Below, one piece after another: positions 44,017 to 50,276 of a stretch of 50,276 nucleotides of DNA. A program made the translations under genes and the position numbers. The first letter of the stretch is position 1, and each line of letters opens with the position of its first letter. The stretch spans positions 1-50,276 of the IMG/VR virus record IMGVR_UViG_3300036786_000189. One strand, written 5' to 3'. The notes beneath the pieces are model-generated. The model was not told where the DNA came from. It was given only the letters and a program-made list of their open reading frames with translations, and did no database searches. The DNA is from a virus. Its lineage: Duplodnaviria > Caudoviricetes.

Positions 44017-44676
44017 ATGCAAAAGAACGACCTCCTTCGCGAGTGGATCGCCGACGCCCTTAAGCGGCGCAAGTATCAGGGCAAAACCCAGCGCGGGCTC
44101 GGCCACGAGCTGAACATCGGCGAGACCGATGTCAGCAAGATCATCAAGGGTCGGCGCGAGGTGAAGGCCGCCGAATTGCCTCTGATCGAACGCTATCTCG
44201 GCGAGCGCGCGCCCGTTCACGCGGAAGCCGAGACGCACGTCGAACCCGACGACGCTGCGCCCGGCTACGTGCCGATCGCCGTCTACGATCTTCGCGCCTC
44301 GGCTGGCGCAGGCGCGGTTGCGATCGATGCCGACGCCATCGGGCATGTGATGTTCGCCCAGGATTTTATCGCCAAGGCCGCGACGAAGCCTTCCAATCTC
44401 TTCGTGCTGGAGATTTCCGGCGACAGCGCCATGCCGACGCTCTACGACGGTGATCACGCGCTGGTGGATCGCGGCCAGGTCGATCCGCGCCGCTCCGGAC
44501 TTTACGTGATCCGCGTCGACGACGTGCTTCAGGTGAAGCGTATCTCGATGCACCCGACGAAGAAGTCACTCTCGCTCATCAGCGAGAATCCGATCTATCG
44601 CAGCTACGACAACATATCCCCGAAAGATGTCGTGTTCGTCGGGCGCGTCATCTGGATTGGCAGGCGCCTTGCCTGA
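44017..44676 (+). CDS. cI: CI-like repressor, HTH plus S24 peptidase (219 aa)
   Basis: TQRGLGHELNIGETDVSKIIKGRR HTH; ASAGAG cleavage-site region; GDS and VKR catalytic dyad; GRVIW. Confidence 0.93.
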   Translation: MQKNDLLREWIADALKRRKYQGKTQRGLGHELNIGETDVSKIIKGRREVKAAELPLIERYLGERAPVHAEAETHVEPDDAAPGYVPIAVYDLRASAGAGAVAIDADAIGHVMFAQDFIAKAATKPSNLFVLEISGDSAMPTLYDGDHALVDRGQVDPRRSGLYVIRVDDVLQVKRISMHPTKKSLSLISENPIYRSYDNISPKDVVFVGRVIWIGRRLA

Positions 44677-44710
44677 ACCTTGCACAGCCTCTCTCAGAAG
44701 GAGCGGTGGC

Positions 44711-44884
44711 ATGAATGTGGATATTTTTGACGGCATCGCTTGGGCGCGCGGCGTTCCAATCGACGAGGCGTTTCCCGAACCTTCGGATCGCGAGTGGGTG
44801 GAGCGTGAGCTCGACGCCAGCGGCGTGTTGATGGGCGGCGGCGCGGCGCCGCTGACATACATCGCGAGGTCCGCCGATGGCTGA
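44711..44884 (+). CDS. Hypothetical acidic protein (57 aa)
   Basis: AGGAG RBS; overlaps the next gene. Confidence 0.6.
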   Translation: MNVDIFDGIAWARGVPIDEAFPEPSDREWVERELDASGVLMGGGAAPLTYIARSADG

Positions 44885-45167
44885 CATGACCTTCGCGGAG
44901 TTCCGCGCGACAAAGGAAGCCGTGGACGATCCGGCAATCCTGAATGACCGGCTGGGGCAAGACCTCTACACCGGGCCCTGCCTCGTCTATCTCGGTGTCC
45001 TCGCAATCGAGATGGAGACGCCGGAGTGGAAGGATGCCACGCCCGCGCTCGACCGCTTCCAGCTTGTCATCGGCAACGTCTGCACGATGGACCGCGACCT
45101 CGAAAAGCTGGAACGCGAACTCTATGCTTGGGCCATCGAAGAGGGCTTCGCGTGCTTCGCCGCATAG
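44877..45167 (+). CDS. Hypothetical acidic protein (96 aa)
   Basis: GAGG RBS; phage-like codon use. Confidence 0.72.
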   Translation: MADMTFAEFRATKEAVDDPAILNDRLGQDLYTGPCLVYLGVLAIEMETPEWKDATPALDRFQLVIGNVCTMDRDLEKLERELYAWAIEEGFACFAA

Positions 45168-45391
45168 ACCCGCTCGACGTGGCCAAGTGGATCGGGACGG
45201 CCCTACAGATCTTTGGCTGCCTGACACTCGCGCTCAACATCGCAAGTTCGGCGTGGGCGTTCCCGGTGATGCTCGCGGGCTCGGCGCTCTGCATCGTCGC
45301 CTCGCTCGCGCGTCGCGACCGCGCGCTGCTTGCGCTCAACGCGGCCTATTCCCTCACCAACATCGTCGGCATCCTGCGGTGGCTCGCGTGA
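45152..45391 (+). CDS. Small three-TM membrane protein (79 aa)
   Basis: GTG after GAGGG; three hydrophobic helices (KWIGTALQIFG, AFPVMLAGS, LLALNAAYSLTNIVGILRW). Confidence 0.72.
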   Translation: MLRRIDPLDVAKWIGTALQIFGCLTLALNIASSAWAFPVMLAGSALCIVASLARRDRALLALNAAYSLTNIVGILRWLA

Positions 45392-45945
45392 TCGCGCGCG
45401 CCGCGATGCTCGGCGCCGTGGCGTTGCTCGCCGCGAACGCAGCCGACGCTGCGGATTACTTCGTGCAGGGCGCGCCGGCGCGTGCCTGCCCGCGCGTGGA
45501 CGAACTGATGCTCGGCGCGAAGGATTGCGTGGCGCTCCCCGTCAACGCCCGCGTGGCATGGAACGGCCATCGCATCGACGGCTTCAGGCCGCGCTATCTC
45601 GGCGGCGACGCCGCGCACATCATCTCCAACGGCCGCGCCCTGTTCGTCTACGCCAACATGCTGCGCGAGCTTCCGTGGCGCGATCCGCTCAAGACAGAGT
45701 TCGTCCTCGCACGCGATGCCGTCGCCTGTCCCGACCAGGGCCGGATGGGAGATGCCTTGCACGCCGTTTCCATCGGTGATCGCGCGTGGCTGGCCCAGAC
45801 CGGGTGCATGATGGTCCCTGCTGGAACCGCCGCCTCACGGCTCTCCCCCGAACTGGCTGGCCGCGAATCGCTTTGGCATCTCCGGTTGCGATTTTCGCAA
45901 GGTTCGCCCCGCGAGCTTTGGATGAACGCCTCCGATTTCCCCTGA
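45388..45945 (+). CDS. Secreted/periplasmic protein (185 aa)
   Basis: GTGA coupling; signal peptide ending ADA-A; two ACP...C segments. Confidence 0.7.
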   Translation: MIARAAMLGAVALLAANAADAADYFVQGAPARACPRVDELMLGAKDCVALPVNARVAWNGHRIDGFRPRYLGGDAAHIISNGRALFVYANMLRELPWRDPLKTEFVLARDAVACPDQGRMGDALHAVSIGDRAWLAQTGCMMVPAGTAASRLSPELAGRESLWHLRLRFSQGSPRELWMNASDFP

Positions 45946-46016
45946 AACACCCGCTCAATCCCTGGACTTTTTTGAGCTTGCGATTTTCGCATTGACGTAA
46001 CTTGCGATTTTCGCAA
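45886..46016. promoter_or_regulatory. Operator triplet (OL-like) with putative PL-like promoter
   Basis: TTGCGATTTTCGCAA at 45886-45900 and 46002-46016; TTGCGATTTTCGCAT at 45978-45992; TTGACG at 45992-45997. Confidence 0.85.
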
Positions 46017-46049
46017 GCGTTCCCCCCGAACGTTGGAGGAACCGAATCG

Positions 46050-46352
46050 ATGGCCAGGTACTGGGGCGCCCGCGGAACGACCAAGCCGCCCACCAAAGCG
46101 CAGCGCCGAGAGGCCGCGCGCGAAGCCGCCAAGCGCGCGACCGCGAAAGTCGCGAAGAAGAGCGACATGCTCAAGACCCGCATCCTCGCCCGCGCCATCG
46201 TCGCCGCCGCCGAGAAGCGCGGCAGCGTCGTGATGATGGACGGCACGCAAGCCGGTCTCTCCGAAAGCGACGTGTCGCGGCTGTGGGACCCAGCGATCGA
46301 TCTCGCCCGGCGCATCGAGCCCGGCCTTTGCGAAATGGCGGTGACGCCTTGA
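46050..46352 (+). CDS. First gene after the PL-like promoter, basic N-terminus (100 aa)
   Basis: GGAGG RBS; KAQRREAAREAAKRA helix. Confidence 0.75.
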   Translation: MARYWGARGTTKPPTKAQRREAAREAAKRATAKVAKKSDMLKTRILARAIVAAAEKRGSVVMMDGTQAGLSESDVSRLWDPAIDLARRIEPGLCEMAVTP

Positions 46353-46444
46353 GCCCGCGCCTGCTCGCGATCCTCGCCTTCGGCAGCGAGTTCGCCATCG
46401 CCCTCACCATCCTCGCCCTCGCACTTTCGGAGCGCGCCCAATGA
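46349..46444 (+). CDS. Small hydrophobic peptide (31 aa)
   Basis: TTGA and ATGA coupling; MSPRLLAILAFGSEFAIALTILALALSERAQ. Confidence 0.5.
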   Translation: MSPRLLAILAFGSEFAIALTILALALSERAQ

Positions 46445-46611
46445 GCGAACCCCAGGAGACCATCTGCCGCCTCGCCGGCATCTGCTACATCCCGCCCGCG
46501 CAATCCGCGCCGCTGGTGCGGCAGGGCCGCTTCGTCTCGCCCGCGGGTTGGGTCTATATCGCGCTTGCCGTGGCGTTCGTCGCCGGCGGCGCATGGCTGG
46601 CGTTCCAATGA
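46441..46611 (+). CDS. Small single-TM protein (56 aa)
   Basis: ATGA coupling on both sides; C-terminal WVYIALAVAFVAGGAWLAF. Confidence 0.55.
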   Translation: MSEPQETICRLAGICYIPPAQSAPLVRQGRFVSPAGWVYIALAVAFVAGGAWLAFQ

Positions 46612-47192
46612 GCGCCACCGCCATCATGCGCTCCGGCGCGCGCGTCGACCTCTCCAAGCCGAACGCCGACAGCCTGTTTCTGCGCGACATCGCCGAAGGG
46701 CTCGCCAAGACGCCGATGTATGGCGGCGCGACGTGGGGCTTCTACAGCCACGCCCAGCACGCCACGCTGCTCGCGGCCGAGGCCGCGCGCGAGGAAGGCC
46801 CGCAGGCCGGGCTCTACGCGCTGCTCCATCACGCCCATGTGGCCTTTGAGAGTTTTGACACGCTCAACAGCGTCGAGGCCTGGCGCGGGCGGCGGCAGGC
46901 CGTCATGCGCGCGGTCCACGAAGGCTGCGACCTCGACTGGCCGATGCCCAAGCCCATCGCCAATGCGCTCGCCGTCGCCCATGCCTGCGTCGAGATGACG
47001 GAGCTTCGCCAGCTTTGCACCGATTGCGATGCCGAGGTCGCGGCACTGGAACGCAACGGCGCCCGCAGCTTGCGCGGCGCGATCAAGCCAAAGGCCTGGG
47101 ACCGCGCGCTCGATGGCTTCATCGAAGCCCTGCGCGTCAACGCCGTCGCCGCCCAGCTTCCAAGGATGCCCATTTGGGGAGACATCCTGTGA
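46608..47192 (+). CDS. HD-superfamily (YfbR-like) protein with degenerate active site (194 aa)
   Basis: SG.RVDL..P...DIA..LA....YGG....YS.AQH; ALLHH where ALLHD is expected. Confidence 0.75.
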   Translation: MSATAIMRSGARVDLSKPNADSLFLRDIAEGLAKTPMYGGATWGFYSHAQHATLLAAEAAREEGPQAGLYALLHHAHVAFESFDTLNSVEAWRGRRQAVMRAVHEGCDLDWPMPKPIANALAVAHACVEMTELRQLCTDCDAEVAALERNGARSLRGAIKPKAWDRALDGFIEALRVNAVAAQLPRMPIWGDIL

Positions 47193-47701
47193 TCCGACGC
47201 GCATGGATCGCAGCGCTAGCGGCCCTGCTGCGCTATCTGCATCGCATCGTGGCGGACGTGCGCAATCCAGATTTTGTCATTGGCGGTCGCGATGATCCCT
47301 ACCTGTGCCGCTGGTTCTTGACGCCGTGGAGTGGCAACAAGCGCGGCATCGCGAAGCTTCTGCCCAATGTTTACCTTCACCTATTCCTTCGTTCGGACGC
47401 GGACTTCGCCTTGCACGATCACCCTTGGGCGAACCTTTCCATTCTGCTCGACGGAACCTATGTCGAGCACACCATCCGCAACGGCGGCGTCCATATCCGC
47501 ACGCGCCGCTTCGCTGGCGATATGAAGGCGCGACGTGCAAGCGCCGCACATCGCATCGAAATCGTTGCTCCGTGCTGGAGCCTTTTTCTCACCGGCCCGA
47601 CCGTTCGCGATTGGGGCTTCCACTGCCCGCAGGGTTGGCGGCATTGGAAGGACTTTGTGGATGAGGCGGATAGCGGCGCAATCGGCAACGGGTGCGAGTG
47701 A
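47189..47701 (+). CDS. Phage cupin-fold (cysteine dioxygenase-like) protein (170 aa)
   Basis: YLH.F.RSD, LHDHPW, S.LL.G.Y.E, HRIE and WGF motifs. Confidence 0.75.
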   Translation: MIRRAWIAALAALLRYLHRIVADVRNPDFVIGGRDDPYLCRWFLTPWSGNKRGIAKLLPNVYLHLFLRSDADFALHDHPWANLSILLDGTYVEHTIRNGGVHIRTRRFAGDMKARRASAAHRIEIVAPCWSLFLTGPTVRDWGFHCPQGWRHWKDFVDEADSGAIGNGCE

Positions 47702-48669
47702 TGACCGCGAGCAAGATCGAGTGGACCGACAGGTCCGACTGGAACCCGGTGCGCGGCTGCACGCGCGTCTCTCCAGGTTGCGGGGGCCCCGGCGATCACG
47801 GCGGCTGCTATGCCGAAGGCATGGCCGCCCGCTTCTCCAAGCCCGGCCAGTGGGGCCACGGCTTCGCGGAGATGAAGAGCGGCAGACCGCGCTGGACCGG
47901 CAAGGTTGCGGTCGCCGAAGATCGCGTCACGCTGCCGCTGCGTTGGCGCAAGCCCGCCAAGGTCTTCGTGAGTTCGACCAGCGACGTGTTCCACGAGGCA
48001 CTGCGCGACGAAGCCATCGACCGCATCTTCGCGGTGATGGCGCTTTGCCCGCATCTGACGTTCCAAATCCTGACGAAGCGGCCTGATCGGATGCGGGATT
48101 ATATGTCTCCCTATTCGAGCCGCCGTGCAGATAGCCTCGGCACGAAGGTTGTCGCGCTCGGCTATCAGGAACCCCTTGAGCATTTGCGCTGGCCGCTTCC
48201 AAACGTCTGGCTCGGCACCAGCGTTGAGAACCGCGGCGTCATTGGCCGGATCGATGAATTGCGCGCCACGGCCGCCGCGGTTCGCTTTATCAGCTTCGAG
48301 CCACTTCTCGGCACCCTCGGCAATATCGATTTTAGCGGCATTCATTGGGCGATCGTCGGCGGCGAGAGCGGTCCCCGCGCCAGGCCGACGCACCCCGATT
48401 GGGTGCGCTCGCTGCGCGACCAATGCCTCGCGGCCAAGGTGCCGTTCTTGTTCAAGCAATGGGGCGAGTGGGCGCCATGCGAAAAGGTCCGTTGCTCCGA
48501 AGGCCATGACCATCGCGTCAACCAGCTCCCCGCCGGCTTCCGCTTCGACGATGCCCGTCGCTACCAGATCATGGATGGCGAGGGTATCGAGTGGGCGAAG
48601 GTCGGGAAGAAGGATGCGGGCCGCGAACTCGACGGAGCGGTGTGGAGCGAGTTTCCGGCAGCCACATGA
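47701..48669 (+). CDS. DUF5131 / phage Gp37Gp68 radical-SAM-like protein (322 aa)
   Basis: SKIEWT, WNP..GC..VSPGC...CYA, FQILTKR, SFEPLLG, GGESG and FKQWG motifs. Confidence 0.92.
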   Translation: MTASKIEWTDRSDWNPVRGCTRVSPGCGGPGDHGGCYAEGMAARFSKPGQWGHGFAEMKSGRPRWTGKVAVAEDRVTLPLRWRKPAKVFVSSTSDVFHEALRDEAIDRIFAVMALCPHLTFQILTKRPDRMRDYMSPYSSRRADSLGTKVVALGYQEPLEHLRWPLPNVWLGTSVENRGVIGRIDELRATAAAVRFISFEPLLGTLGNIDFSGIHWAIVGGESGPRARPTHPDWVRSLRDQCLAAKVPFLFKQWGEWAPCEKVRCSEGHDHRVNQLPAGFRFDDARRYQIMDGEGIEWAKVGKKDAGRELDGAVWSEFPAAT

Positions 48670-48896
48670 GGTCGAGCGCCACCATCCACAATCCCTTGCT
48701 GGCGCTCGACAGCGCAAAGCGGATCACGGGGCTTCCTCCGGAGGCCAAGGCCGCTTTCCGCGCGGTGCTAATGGATCTGCGGAAAGAAGCGGCCGACAAG
48801 GCGCAGACCTACTGGAAGCACAACAAAGCCATCACAGCAGCCTATTGGAAGGCGGTGTCGATTTGGGCGGGGCACTTCGCGAGATTGGCCCGATGA
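48666..48896 (+). CDS. Hypothetical protein (76 aa)
   Basis: ATGA coupling on both sides. Confidence 0.65.
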   Translation: MRSSATIHNPLLALDSAKRITGLPPEAKAAFRAVLMDLRKEAADKAQTYWKHNKAITAAYWKAVSIWAGHFARLAR

Positions 48897-49189
48897 CCGA
48901 CGCGCCGCTCCCAACCCCGGAGGCCGAGCCCCGCATCGGGGCGAGCGAGATCTGCGTGATTGCCAAGCTGTCCCGTGCGACCTTGGGTCGCCGGGTTCGG
49001 GCAAAGCGGTTTCCATCCCCAATAGACAAGGGCCGGGAGCAGCTTTTCGACCGCCGCGCGGCCTATCAGGCCCTTGGCATCCTCGCGAAGGAGGACAATC
49101 ATGGCGACGAAAACCCTTGGGAGAGGGGCGCCCTTGCCCTCCACGACCGTAAAGCTGCCCCCCTACGTCGTTCTCCAGCGTCGCGGTGA
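48893..49189 (+). CDS. xis: Excisionase / AlpA-like HTH (98 aa)
   Basis: LSRATL.R.VR..RFP.P; overlaps the integrase start. Confidence 0.72.
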   Translation: MTDAPLPTPEAEPRIGASEICVIAKLSRATLGRRVRAKRFPSPIDKGREQLFDRRAAYQALGILAKEDNHGDENPWERGALALHDRKAAPLRRSPASR

Positions 49190-50276
49190 CGGGCGAACCG
49201 CCTTCTATTTCCAGGTGCCGAAGCGATTGAGGCCGGACGGCTGGTCGGGCGCGTATCGCCTGCCGCTCGATCACATGAAGCGCACCGGCGCCGGCGACGC
49301 CGCCGAACTCGCCGCCGTGACGGCGGACGCCGACACCTTCCTGCGCCGTCTCAAGGCCGAGCGATCGGGCCAGCCGGAGCATTATCGGCTCTACACGTTG
49401 CCGTGGCTGATCCAATCCTTCGATCAGAAGATGAAGACGAAGGAGCGCGCGCCGCGCACGCTCACCGGATACGCCTATGCGGCGCGCCAGGTCGAGGCGT
49501 GGTCGCAGGAATCGGGACACCCGCATGTGCGCCTGATCACGCGCCCAGCCGTGCTGCAGTTCCTGTCGACCATGGACGCGACGCCGATCAAGCGCCGCTT
49601 CGTGGCCTCGTATCTGCGCAGCCTCATGACGCACGCGATGGACAAGGGATTGCGCACCGACAATCCCGCAATCCGCCTCGGCCTCGAAACGCCTGAGGCG
49701 AAGGTTCACATCTGGAGCGATGCCGAGCTCCAGACGATGCTCACCGCCGCCGATGAGTTGGGCCTCGAAGGCGTGGCCACCGCCATGCAGATCGCCCACG
49801 ATGAAGGCCCGCGGCCGGGCGACATCCTCGGCTTCCAGAAGCATCGCGACTTCAATGTGCGCGACTGGACCTTCCGTTACTTCCAGAACAAGACGGGGGG
49901 ATGGGTTGTGTCGCCGGCGGGACGGCGGGTGCGCGAGCGCCTGGCGCAGCAGCCGGACACCCAGCTCATGCTGGTGATCAACCCGCGCACGATGAAGCGC
50001 TACAACGAGCGCGTATTCACCCGCGACTTCGACCGCCTGCGCACCAAGACCGGGTTGACGGAACTCAACTTCCGGCACCTTCGGCACACCTTCGTGGTAA
50101 AGTGCAAGCGGGCGGGACTCGACGAGTTCGAGATCGCCTCCAAGACCGGGCACTCGGCCAAATCCGTCCGCGATATGCTGGCCCGACATTACTTGCCGCA
50201 CGATAGCGAAGTTGCTACGAACGCCACCGCAAAGATCGAGGCCTACCGGGAACGGAAGTTGGACGCCAAAGTCTGA
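49101..50276 (+). CDS. int: Tyrosine recombinase / integrase (391 aa)
   Basis: AGGAGG RBS; GPRPGD (R), QNKTG (K), RHLRHT, TGH and RHY (Y) catalytic residues. Confidence 0.93.
   Translation: MATKTLGRGAPLPSTTVKLPPYVVLQRRGDGRTAFYFQVPKRLRPDGWSGAYRLPLDHMKRTGAGDAAELAAVTADADTFLRRLKAERSGQPEHYRLYTLPWLIQSFDQKMKTKERAPRTLTGYAYAARQVEAWSQESGHPHVRLITRPAVLQFLSTMDATPIKRRFVASYLRSLMTHAMDKGLRTDNPAIRLGLETPEAKVHIWSDAELQTMLTAADELGLEGVATAMQIAHDEGPRPGDILGFQKHRDFNVRDWTFRYFQNKTGGWVVSPAGRRVRERLAQQPDTQLMLVINPRTMKRYNERVFTRDFDRLRTKTGLTELNFRHLRHTFVVKCKRAGLDEFEIASKTGHSAKSVRDMLARHYLPHDSEVATNATAKIEAYRERKLDAKV

Larger units (their letters stand above)
1..50276. mobile_element. Lambda-like temperate siphophage / prophage (att ends not visible)
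   Basis: Integrase, xis, cI/cro, replication, GpA terminase, lambda-type portal, S49 protease, gpD/gpE capsid, tail tube, TMP and tail tip genes in lambdoid order; no host housekeeping genes seen. Confidence 0.97.

Noticed and set aside
1-50276. attL/attR, tRNA, rRNA or CRISPR arrays
   Set aside because: None recognised; the window ends exactly at stop codons, so att sites probably lie outside

Overview
The window is an essentially complete, high-GC, lambda-like temperate siphophage (prophage), probably from an alphaproteobacterial host (inferred from the GapR-like and MmcB-like genes). It runs from a beta-class amino-DNA methyltransferase at the left edge to a tyrosine integrase at the right edge; att sites are not visible. 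Left to right it contains: (1) accessory genes, including an IS1595-family element (8-bp TSD, two passenger genes), a c4-like antisense RNA structure and a lipoprotein; (2) a lysis-type region with no recognisable endolysin; (3) tail, head and lambda-type terminase genes on the minus strand, with a G/GT -1 frameshift and a cosQ/cosN-like site; (4) an early operon with a primase-less D5 helicase, a candidate origin and many DNA-modification-related genes; (5) a cro/cI switch with two triplets of TTGCGA-N3-TCGCAA operators flanking four unknown genes in the lambda rexAB position; (6) an early operon ending in xis and int. The modification-related genes are a stand-alone 5-hmdU-kinase-helical/aGPT-Pplase1-like domain, an SNF2-methyltransferase fusion, a Mom-like GNAT, a dCMP deaminase and a C5 methyltransferase. 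The most striking items are the C5 methyltransferase, encoded in two overlapping frames whose architecture is set by a G9 tract, the modification cluster itself, a binary Tyr-Ala/Asp-Ala hexamer repeat gene and the rex-position operon. All family calls come from reading motifs by eye; no searches were run.
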